The notes beneath the pieces are model-generated. The model was not told where the DNA came from and searched no databases. It saw only the letters and a list, made by a program, of their open reading frames with translations. A program made the translations under genes and the position numbers. 64,000 bases of DNA. It comes from an uncultured Acidobacteriota bacterium. GTDB taxonomy: Bacteria > Acidobacteriota > Thermoanaerobaculia > Multivoradales > JAHEKO01. Shown in pieces: positions 55,914 to 64,000 of this stretch. The stretch's first letter is position 1; each line of letters starts with the position of its first letter. Where the stretch lies: assembly GCA_963713825.1 (NCBI GenBank), contig CAVQNG010000003.1, forward strand, positions 1,280,001 to 1,344,000. Direction: 5' to 3'.

Positions 55914-57251
55914 ATGACCACTTCCCTTTCATCGGTAGTGAAACGCAACGGAGAGGTCGCTTCTTTCGATCGCGAGAAGATCACCGTCGCGATCTACAAA
56001 GCCGCCGCAGCCGTCGGAGGGCACGACCGTGCCCTGACTGAGGAGCTGAGTGAGGCGGTCATTGCAGCTCTCTCGGCTACCTATTCCGACGACTCTCCAC
56101 CGACTGTCGAAGAGGTGCAGGATGTCGTGGAACGGGTGCTGATCAAGGCGGGTCACGCCAGGACTGCGAAGGCCTTCATCCTGTACCGGCACGAGCGCGC
56201 CAAGATGCGCTCCAAGCTGCGTGCCAGGCGGGTCGAGTACATCCCCTATCGAACCATGTGGCAGGCCCTGGACTGGGCGGTCGAGCACGAGTGCAACACC
56301 GTGGAGAAGTTCAACTCCCTGATCACAGACGGTCGGCTGTCAGGGCTCATCGCCGACGCCGACCGCCGCTACGAATCGATGCTGGAAGGAGCGGCCAACG
56401 CGATTCTGGAGAGGCGGGACGAGCTGCGCTTCATCATCGTAGCCGGGCCCAGCTCTTCGGGTAAGACCACCACCACCCACAAGCTTGGCGCGCTGCTCGA
56501 GGCCGAAGGATTGCACGTGATTCCGCTGTCTCTGGATAACTACTTCTTCGATCTGGAGCTCCACCCGCAAGACGAGTTCGGAGACTACGATTTCGAGACA
56601 CCGGAAGCGATGGACCTGGACCTTGTCAACAAGCATCTGGCGAGTCTGGATGAGGGGCGTGGTATCGATATGCCGATCTATGATTTTCGGGCCGGCAAGA
56701 GACTCGCCGAGACGAGTCGTTTCGAACCGGAGCCTGGAAGTCTGATTTTGCTAGATACTCTGCATGGTCTCTACGGCGGTCTCACCGCGAGCGTTCCCGA
56801 GCGCCATAAATTTCGGCTCTATCTGGAGACCATTAGCCAATTGAAGACGGCCGGCGGGCGTTATGCGCGCTGGACCGATATTCGGCTGCTACGTCGAATG
56901 GTCAGGGACCATCAGTATCGTGCCTACTCGCCGGAGAAGACGATCCTACATTGGCACTACGTGCGTCGAAGCGAGTTGAAGCACATCATCCCGAATCAGG
57001 CCATGGCCGACTTCCAGGTCAATACGGCTCTTGCCTACGAGCTGCCGTTCTTGAAGCTGCATCTCTTTCGGTACCTTCCCGACTTTCTCGACAAGTGGCG
57101 AGAGGAAGCGAAGCGCCTCGACGGCTACATTCGGGCTCGCCGGATCTACGACCTTCTGGATTCCATCGATGATGTCGCTGATGACTCGTTGGTACCACCC
57201 ACTTCCCTATTGCGGGAGTTCATCGGCGGCAGTGCATACGATGTTCACTGA
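55914..57251 (+). CDS. ATP-cone domain fused to a uridine/nucleoside kinase-like P-loop domain
   Basis: VVKRNG..FDREKI..AI.KA, VEEVQDVVE and AKAFILYR (ATP cone); AGPSSSGKTT, SLDNYF, DFE.PEA.D, RLLRRMVRD and SLLREFIGGS (kinase). Confidence 0.85.
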   Translation: MTTSLSSVVKRNGEVASFDREKITVAIYKAAAAVGGHDRALTEELSEAVIAALSATYSDDSPPTVEEVQDVVERVLIKAGHARTAKAFILYRHERAKMRSKLRARRVEYIPYRTMWQALDWAVEHECNTVEKFNSLITDGRLSGLIADADRRYESMLEGAANAILERRDELRFIIVAGPSSSGKTTTTHKLGALLEAEGLHVIPLSLDNYFFDLELHPQDEFGDYDFETPEAMDLDLVNKHLASLDEGRGIDMPIYDFRAGKRLAETSRFEPEPGSLILLDTLHGLYGGLTASVPERHKFRLYLETISQLKTAGGRYARWTDIRLLRRMVRDHQYRAYSPEKTILHWHYVRRSELKHIIPNQAMADFQVNTALAYELPFLKLHLFRYLPDFLDKWREEAKRLDGYIRARRIYDLLDSIDDVADDSLVPPTSLLREFIGGSAYDVH

Positions 57252-57394
57252 GGGTCGCACAGGATGAAGAAAAAACTCGTTGGATGGAGCCTCCTGCTCA
57301 CAATGGCAGACAGCATTTGATGGCCTCTAAAAGAAGAAGCCCTGAAAAGCCCAGAGCCGGTTCGGCGCTTCGATTCTGACGACCGCCGAAAAGC

Positions 57395-58399
57395 TCAGCC
57401 CATTGGGTCGATTCCCAGCTCTTTGTACCAGGCGCCGATAGCGACCTCGAAGTAGCTCTCTCGGAAGAGATGCCAGTCTCGGAGCGGCTGCGGGAGGCTG
57501 AACCCAGCCGCCGCCTGAGCCGCTGAATTTCCCTTCTCGATGGCCGTACGGGAGGCCATCTCCACCGAGTCGATGAGGTCGATGAACAGGGCTACATCGG
57601 CCGCCGAGGCGAGGGGGCCGTGTCCAGGAACGTAGTCCGTCGCACTGTCGCGTTGCAGGGAGCGGACGCTTGCCGACAGGGCCGATGGAAGGGTATCTCT
57701 GAAGTTCGGGAACATCTGGTTCCAAACGAGGTCGCCGCAGAAGACGACGCCCGGCTCATCGAGCTCCACAGTCACGTCACTGGCAGTGTGTCCCCTCCTA
57801 GGGTGAATCATCAGGTCGAGGCCGCCCAGCTGCCAATGGATGACCTCTTCGGGGTCGAGCAGCATGGCGGCTTCGAGCAGCTCGCGGCGCAGTGGGGCGG
57901 GTGCTGGATCGCGCTTCGCGTCCTCGTTCCGGATCCATTTCTGGGTCTCTGCTGTCATCCAGAGCGCGGGCCTGTTGTCGCCATCGGCGAAGCCCTCGAA
58001 CCCATTGGCATGGTCACCGTGATAGTGGGTCACGATCACGTCCGTAGGCCAGCGGCCACAGAGCTGTCGAGCCTGCTCTGCTACGAGTCGAGCCCCTTCG
58101 GGACCGGCGAAGCTCTCGATGACGAGGACCCGATTCTCGCCAGCGACGATTCCTCCGTTGCACAGAGTGGTCCAGTCGTCGTGGGCAAGCGGGGTGGAGG
58201 CGACTGCCCAGATGCCTTCACCGAGCTTTTCGATGCGACCCCAGGTGCCTTCGGCGACTGCGATGCTCTCGACCTCGCCTGACGCGCCGAGCCGGCCGGC
58301 GCCAGTGAGAATGCCGAGTCCAGAAGCGCCGGCCAGCTGAACGAAACGGCGACGGCTCAGGGAGCCCGCAGGAAAGCTCTCACCACGAATCATGGGCAT
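57395..58399 (-). CDS. Tat-exported MBL-fold metallo-hydrolase
   Basis: SRRRFV twin-Arg leader; THYHGDHANG, GHT, GDL and PGHG motifs. Confidence 0.88.
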   Translation of the reverse strand: MPMIRGESFPAGSLSRRRFVQLAGASGLGILTGAGRLGASGEVESIAVAEGTWGRIEKLGEGIWAVASTPLAHDDWTTLCNGGIVAGENRVLVIESFAGPEGARLVAEQARQLCGRWPTDVIVTHYHGDHANGFEGFADGDNRPALWMTAETQKWIRNEDAKRDPAPAPLRRELLEAAMLLDPEEVIHWQLGGLDLMIHPRRGHTASDVTVELDEPGVVFCGDLVWNQMFPNFRDTLPSALSASVRSLQRDSATDYVPGHGPLASAADVALFIDLIDSVEMASRTAIEKGNSAAQAAAGFSLPQPLRDWHLFRESYFEVAIGAWYKELGIDPMG

Positions 58400-58438
58400 T
58401 CTCCTCTCTGGATGTTGATCTACGTCCATCCAAAGGTG

Positions 58439-61400
58439 TCAGGGCAGTACGATCACCGCCGGGATTCCCGTTTCTCGCAATGCGTCATCGAACGTCGCTA
58501 AGTCCGAATCCAGGATCTGTTGGATCGCCTCGAGATGGGGACCGATCTGCAACTGGAGGTCTTCGAGTCTCTGATAGGAGCCCTCTGTCGGGCGTCCATA
58601 CGCTTGGTAGACATGGCTGTACAGGTAAGCCAATTGGTCGTCGAGCCGCGGCGGGAAATTGAGCAGATCCTGGTTGGTTTCGGCCCGCGTCTGGATCAAC
58701 TGTTCTTCGACGCTGGTCAGGCTCTCGGCGATCTCTACGCCCTGCTCCTTCCATGCCCCTCCGTAGCCAGCTTTCTCGGCTCGATCCGTCATCGCTTGGA
58801 TCTGCTCACGAACGGAGCGCAGTCTGGCGATCGTGTTGTGGAGATCCTCGAAGGTCGCCGCAACCTCCTCGATCAACGCGCTCTGAGCCTGCAAGTCCTC
58901 GTCCGTGACCCAAGTCAATCGAGGGTCCTTGAGAACCCGGATCGGCTGTGTCCTTTCGGTGTCGCCGACCTTCAGGCGTATCTTGTAGCTGCCGGGCAGA
59001 ACATAGTAGTCACCGGTGTACGCGAGTGAGAACAGAGCCTTGTCCAACACCTCGGGACCAGACCTCTTCAGGTCCCAGACGAAACGGTTCATTCCCTGAG
59101 CGGCTGGTAGCACGGGATCGTCGTCGCCTTCCCCCTTCTTCTCATCGTCTTCGCTGTGGAAAGTGCGGAGGATCTCGCCATCGGGTGCCAGGATCTCCAG
59201 TATGGCTGGCTCTGCAGGTTCTTCGGCGAGCCAGTAGAAGATCGTCGCTCCACGATCGGGTTGCTGAGGGGTCCGAGTTCCACCGAATCGAGCCATGCCG
59301 GCGACCCGGTAAGTGTCTCGAGGTTGGAATAGGTAAAGGTCCGAGTCGGTGAGTTTCTCGTGCAGCTGGTGGAGTGGAGTCAGGTCGTCGAGGATCCAAA
59401 AGGACCTGCCCTGCGTGGCGACGATGAGGTCCTGGTTGTGAGCTCGAAGATCGGTAATCGGTGTCACCGGTAGATTGAGCTGCAACGACTGCCAGTGGGC
59501 TCCGTCGTCGAAGGAGACGAACAGCCCGAACTCTGTGCCGGCATACAGCAGGCCCTTCTTGTCCGGGTCCTCGACAATGGCACGGGTCGGATGGTCGGCC
59601 GGAATTCCATTCACCCCGTCTGTGAGTCGATGCCAGGTGGCGCCATGATCGTCGGTGCGCCAGAGGCCGGGGCGAAAATCATCCATGCGGTAGCGGTGGA
59701 CCGCCAGGAAGGCCCGTCCAGGCTGATGGGGCGATAGCGAGATCACATTGACCGTGCTATCCGGCTCCGTACCGGGAGGGGTGATGTCGCTCCAGGTGGC
59801 GCCGTCGTCCTGCGATAGGTAGACGAGCCCGTCATCGCTTCCGGCCCAGAGCTCCCCGGCCACGAGGGGTGACTCCTCGAAGGCGAAGATCGTATTGAAG
59901 ACCTCCACACCCGTATGGTCATGCTGCACCGGCCCACCCGGGATATTCTGCTTTTCCGGCTCATTGCGGGTCAGATCTGGGCTGATGGTCTGCCAACTCA
60001 TGCCGCCGTCTCGGGAGCGATGAACGAAGTTCGAGGTGTGGTAGATGACTGCCGGATCGTGTGGTGAGAAGCGAATGGGAGCGTTCCACTGGAATCGGTA
60101 CTTGAGGTCCTTGGGAGCGGTTCCATCCTGCATCTGTGGGTAGATCACGACATTGCGACCAAAGCTCGCCCGCCGGTCATAGCGATCGATCATGCCGATG
60201 TAGGTGCCGGCATAGATGATGTCTGGATCGTCGGGGTGAACCGCGATGTGACCACTTTCGCCCCCGCCGGCGTCGAACCACGATTCCTCGGGTGTCAGAA
60301 CGTTGGGTGCCCAGGATGGGACGCTGATGGTGCTGTTGTCCTGCTGCGCGCCGTAGAGACGGTAAGGGAACTGGTTGTCCACCATGACCCGATAGAACTC
60401 GGCAGTCGGCTGATTGTGCTGGCTTGACCAGGTATCGCCGCCATCGAGAGTGACGTTCGCGCCACCGTCGTTAGCCTGGATCATGATTTTGGAGTTGTCG
60501 GGGTTGACCCAGAGGTCGTGGTTGTCGCCGTGTGGCACGCCTCGGCGCTCGAAGCTCTGACCGCCGTCGATCGACTTGAGGAAGTGGACGTTGTTGACCC
60601 AGACCGTTTCTGGATCGACGGGATCTGCATGGACATGGGTGTAATACCAGCCGCGAGTGGTGAGGCGGTTGTCGCTGCTGGTCAGGCGCCAGGCCCCTCC
60701 GCCATCGTCGCTGCGATAGAGACCACCCCGGTCTCCGGTCGCAGTCACCAGCGCCCAGACCCGTTCTGGCCGAGCGGCTGAGATGGAAACGCCGATTCGC
60801 CCCAGCACACCGCTGGGCAAGCCGTTGTCGGCCCCGTCCTCGGTGAGGAGCTCCCAACTCTCGCCACCATCGGTAGTGCGATACAGGCCACTCTCCTCGC
60901 TGCCGTCAATCATGGTCCACGGCTTGCGTTCAGCGCGCCAGATGGCAGCGAACAGTTGTCTGGGATTGGCGGGATTGATGGTCAGGTCCACGGCGCCGGC
61001 CTGGTCGGACACGTACAGCACCTTGTCCCAGGTTCGGCCACCGTCGTGCGATCGATAGACACCGCGGTCCGTGTTGGGTCCGAAGATGTGACCGAGGGCC
61101 GCGACATAGACGAGGTCGGGGTCCTGTGGGTGCACGACGATCTTGCCGATCTGGCCGCTCTCCTCGAGACCGCTGCGCTGCCAGGTCTTGCCGGCATCGG
61201 TCGATCGGTAGACGCCATCTCCGTTGGAGATGTTGCCCCGGGGGCAAGCCGAGCCGGTACCGGCATAGACGACATTGGAGTCGGACGGGGCGACGGCGAC
61301 AGCCCCGATGGAGCCGACACCGAAGAAGCCATCGGAGATGTTCTCCCATGCCTCACCGGCGCTGGTTGTCTTCCAGACGCCACCGCCGGTGGAGCCAAAA

Positions 61401-61621
61401 TAGAACGTGAAGGGTTCGCTTGGAACTCCGGCCACGGTGGTGACGCGACCGCCCCGAAAGGGGCCCACCAGTCGGTACTTCATGGCCGAGTAGAGAGCCG
61501 GGTCGAAAACGGTGTTCGAATCGGTGTCGGCCAGAACTCCTCCGCCGAAAAGACCGAGGCCCATCAGGGTGAGTCCGAGGACAATCCTCTTGAGATGCAA
61601 ACGCGAACGTTCGGTTTTCAT
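58439..61621 (-). CDS. Secreted VPS10/BNR-repeat beta-propeller (glycosyl hydrolase-like) protein, paralog of 8064-11060
   Basis: YRLVGPFRGGR, Asp-box repeats, HGDNHDLW, NQPTAEFY, GAQQDNS and RFQWNAP motifs. Confidence 0.87.
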   Translation of the reverse strand: MKTERSRLHLKRIVLGLTLMGLGLFGGGVLADTDSNTVFDPALYSAMKYRLVGPFRGGRVTTVAGVPSEPFTFYFGSTGGGVWKTTSAGEAWENISDGFFGVGSIGAVAVAPSDSNVVYAGTGSACPRGNISNGDGVYRSTDAGKTWQRSGLEESGQIGKIVVHPQDPDLVYVAALGHIFGPNTDRGVYRSHDGGRTWDKVLYVSDQAGAVDLTINPANPRQLFAAIWRAERKPWTMIDGSEESGLYRTTDGGESWELLTEDGADNGLPSGVLGRIGVSISAARPERVWALVTATGDRGGLYRSDDGGGAWRLTSSDNRLTTRGWYYTHVHADPVDPETVWVNNVHFLKSIDGGQSFERRGVPHGDNHDLWVNPDNSKIMIQANDGGANVTLDGGDTWSSQHNQPTAEFYRVMVDNQFPYRLYGAQQDNSTISVPSWAPNVLTPEESWFDAGGGESGHIAVHPDDPDIIYAGTYIGMIDRYDRRASFGRNVVIYPQMQDGTAPKDLKYRFQWNAPIRFSPHDPAVIYHTSNFVHRSRDGGMSWQTISPDLTRNEPEKQNIPGGPVQHDHTGVEVFNTIFAFEESPLVAGELWAGSDDGLVYLSQDDGATWSDITPPGTEPDSTVNVISLSPHQPGRAFLAVHRYRMDDFRPGLWRTDDHGATWHRLTDGVNGIPADHPTRAIVEDPDKKGLLYAGTEFGLFVSFDDGAHWQSLQLNLPVTPITDLRAHNQDLIVATQGRSFWILDDLTPLHQLHEKLTDSDLYLFQPRDTYRVAGMARFGGTRTPQQPDRGATIFYWLAEEPAEPAILEILAPDGEILRTFHSEDDEKKGEGDDDPVLPAAQGMNRFVWDLKRSGPEVLDKALFSLAYTGDYYVLPGSYKIRLKVGDTERTQPIRVLKDPRLTWVTDEDLQAQSALIEEVAATFEDLHNTIARLRSVREQIQAMTDRAEKAGYGGAWKEQGVEIAESLTSVEEQLIQTRAETNQDLLNFPPRLDDQLAYLYSHVYQAYGRPTEGSYQRLEDLQLQIGPHLEAIQQILDSDLATFDDALRETGIPAVIVLP

Positions 61622-61690
61622 GTTCCCTCCTGAGCCGCATAGTGCGGCAGCCCAAGACTATGGCAGATCACTACAGCCGGATAGACATCT

Positions 61691-62144
61691 TCCCACCCAC
61701 CTGCCCGTCCTGGGGCTTGGGTCCTGGGTCCTGAACAGGTAACCGTTTCTCGAAGAGGTACGTCCGAGTGGCTCGCAGGGGGACAGCGTCGGCTACTCAG
61801 GCTGCAACGGGGGGGCCGCCACCTCGTCTCGTCGTCGCGCCTCATCTGTTGTGCTCTCTCGTGGCTCTTGCGCTGCGCTCGACTCGGCGCCCCCTGTCGA
61901 ACCACCCGAACGAACCTCTGGCACCGATGAGGGCCTAAAGGCTTAGGGGCGTAAGGGCGTAGGGAGCGAGCCAGCAATCCGATTCTTACTGCGTCTCGAA
62001 GGTGGTAGATCGGGCCATGGGTCTCCCTCGTCGGAGGGGCATGGTCGGGTGGGGCCGCAGACGGGGGAGATCCATGGCCCGATCGGGCGTCTCAAATCCC
62101 CAGCCTCAAAGACAGGCTGGTGGTACAACGGACTCCTCAACCCC
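61691..62144 (-). repeat. Dispersed structured intergenic repeat, copy C (inverted relative to A and B)
   Basis: Reverse complement matches A and B; stems at 61768-61905 and 62008-62084. Ends approximate. Confidence 0.9.
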
Positions 62145-62160
62145 TGGTCGGGTGGGTGGG

Positions 62161-64000
62161 TTAGGGCAAGCGGGCCAACTCGGCTCGGGCTTCGGCCACG
62201 AGCGGGATGCCTTCGTCGCCATCCTTCAGGATCTCGAAAAATGCTTCGTAGGACTCCCGAGCCGCTTGGGAGTTTCCCATCGCGGCGCTGGCGCGGGCCA
62301 TCCCGAGGTGGGTGAGCGTGTGCACCGGCAGATCCGGTTGAACGCTGCCGAGATCCTGCAGCTTCAAGAACTCCGCCATCGCCTTGGTCGGCTCGTCCGC
62401 CGTGAGATAGGCCAGGCCTCTGAGGTAGATTGCCCAGGGTCGACCCCGCTGGTAGGGAATGGTCGAGCTCAGCACTTTTACGGCGCCTTGTGGATCCTGC
62501 TGCTGCAGTGCAATTGCGGCCCGAGCGATTGGTGCCTGGACCTTGTTGATGATGGTGTCTTCCGGGAAGCGCTCCGAGAGCTCCTCTAGCAGAGCTTCGG
62601 CCTGCTCGACAGCGCCCGCACGAGCCAAGATGGCAGCCGCGTAGGGCATGGTGTCGCGGCTACGGGTGATCTCGAGCGCTGCCAGGGCGAGCTCTCTGGA
62701 CTGTTGCCCGTTACCGAAGGCGGCTTCGTAGGCTGCAGCCTCGGCGGTGAAGAACGCCGACTGCTCGGTGAAACCGAATTGCAGCGAAACCTCTATGGCT
62801 CGTTTGGTCAGGTCACGCGCCTCGTCCAGGTTCCCCGCGGAGGCGGCGACCTTGGCCTGGGAGGCCAACATCCATGCTTCACCGGGCTTTCCAGTGAGGG
62901 AGTCCGCCATGTGCTGCATGGTTGCCTCATCTCCCTCCAGCAGAGCAATCAAGTAAGGGCCGATGAAGAGCTCGTGATAAGTGAAGCCCCTCTCCAAGGC
63001 CTCTCCGTAGACGTGTTTGGCCTCGTCAAGTTGATTCAAGTTGCGCAGCGCCTCGCCGAGATTGGAGTAGGGGAAGGCATGATTGGGATTGAGCTCGACG
63101 GCAACCCGACTCTCTTCGACGGCTTTCTCGTACCAACCGAGATCGTTGTACTGCACTGCAAGGTTGTTGACCGGGGTCCAGTCGCGAGGATAGGCCTGCT
63201 TGAACTGCTCGTAAGCCTCGATCTGCTTGTCGACGTCGCCAGTCACGTTGTCGTGATAGTGCGCAGTGATGTAGAGCTTTTCGTTTTCGCTCACCTGGTC
63301 GCGCAGCTCGAAGGCTCTGGTGAGGTACTCGCGCGAGATTTCCCATTCCCGCAGATTTCCGTAGATGGTACCCAAGGCTCCATGGGCGCGGGCGAAATCG
63401 GGATCGAGCTCGATGGCCCGCTTGAAAAGCGGAATGGCTTCGTCTTCCTGTCCGCCTTCCCTCAGTTTCTCACCACTGCTGAAAGCCTTCAGCGCCTCCA
63501 GCGAAGAGGTGGTGGTCTGCTCGACGGGAGCGTCATACTTCTCGATCGAGGCCAGAGATTCACCCAGCTTGCGGCGGATCTGTACGGCAGCCGAGCCAAC
63601 TGCCGACAAGACCTCCTCCTTGCTCGAGGCCTCGACCTGCTCCCGTGCCAGTGCTCGGCCGGAGAGACACTCGTCTGCCGTAAGCGTGACAACGTAGTTG
63701 CTTCCTAATGGAGCGATCTCGCCTCGCACCAGGGCTTTGAGTCCCTGGCGCTCGCAGATCTCGTGCGCGATCTCGGGCGTGACGCGGTCCTCGGCCTCGC
63801 GGCCCATGAACCGCAGAGCTTCCTGAACCTGACGCTCTGGCAGTATGTTGAGGTAAGGCGACTCCTCGAGCTTTACGGCCAGGGCCTGCTTGAGAGTGTC
63901 GTCGAAGACGGGGTCACCCGTGGTGTTGGTGAAGTCGGTAAGCAGGAGCACGTCGCTTTCAGTCAAGGCGACGGTGGATGGTTGCTTCAGCAGCAGAAAT
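62161..64000 (-). CDS. TPR-repeat protein, C-terminal part of a probable Ser/Thr kinase-TPR receptor; 5' end lies outside the window
   Basis: DFTNTTGDPVFDDTL, LGESLASI and TTSSLEALKAFS followed by TPR repeats; the frame is open to the window edge. The kinase domain itself is not visible. Confidence 0.8.
   Translation of the reverse strand, partial: FLLLKQPSTVALTESDVLLLTDFTNTTGDPVFDDTLKQALAVKLEESPYLNILPERQVQEALRFMGREAEDRVTPEIAHEICERQGLKALVRGEIAPLGSNYVVTLTADECLSGRALAREQVEASSKEEVLSAVGSAAVQIRRKLGESLASIEKYDAPVEQTTTSSLEALKAFSSGEKLREGGQEDEAIPLFKRAIELDPDFARAHGALGTIYGNLREWEISREYLTRAFELRDQVSENEKLYITAHYHDNVTGDVDKQIEAYEQFKQAYPRDWTPVNNLAVQYNDLGWYEKAVEESRVAVELNPNHAFPYSNLGEALRNLNQLDEAKHVYGEALERGFTYHELFIGPYLIALLEGDEATMQHMADSLTGKPGEAWMLASQAKVAASAGNLDEARDLTKRAIEVSLQFGFTEQSAFFTAEAAAYEAAFGNGQQSRELALAALEITRSRDTMPYAAAILARAGAVEQAEALLEELSERFPEDTIINKVQAPIARAAIALQQQDPQGAVKVLSSTIPYQRGRPWAIYLRGLAYLTADEPTKAMAEFLKLQDLGSVQPDLPVHTLTHLGMARASAAMGNSQAARESYEAFFEILKDGDEGIPLVAEARAELARLP

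Noticed and set aside
8064-61621. Two VPS10/BNR paralogs as a novel system
   Set aside because: Such proteins are commonly multi-copy in Acidobacteria-like genomes, and these two are unlinked and lack the C-terminal tag.

Overview
High-GC, gene-dense bacterial chromosomal window. Gene content (paired VPS10/BNR beta-propeller proteins, TPR tail of a probable Ser/Thr kinase, many secreted proteins) suggests Acidobacteriota, possibly Thermoanaerobaculia; this is inference only. It holds about 48 CDS. I saw no rRNA, tRNA or CRISPR array. Housekeeping or metabolic genes include queD, thpR (partial), glycerate kinase, pilT, msrAB, srkA, ychF, kbp and dodecin. The most notable signals are: (1) five largely unrelated secreted proteins ending in the same fixed-length 18-aa tail, F-x-DG(F/V)E(S/T)G-x4-W-x5, a candidate sorting or anchoring tag; (2) a RiPP-like module of PqqD, a 49-aa Tat-like peptide with a Ser/Thr-rich tail, an HprK-like kinase and a nucleotidyltransferase, with no lasso cyclase; (3) a cNMP-binding domain fused to an Hfq/Sm-like domain immediately upstream of pilT; (4) a tandem tyrosine phenol-lyase fusion whose halves have lost complementary catalytic residues; (5) a Dnmt2-like methyltransferase; (6) three copies of a ~430-460 bp structured intergenic repeat, plus a RAYT-like HUH transposase and a shared GGTGCCA motif. 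All calls are by eye from motifs; no searches were run.
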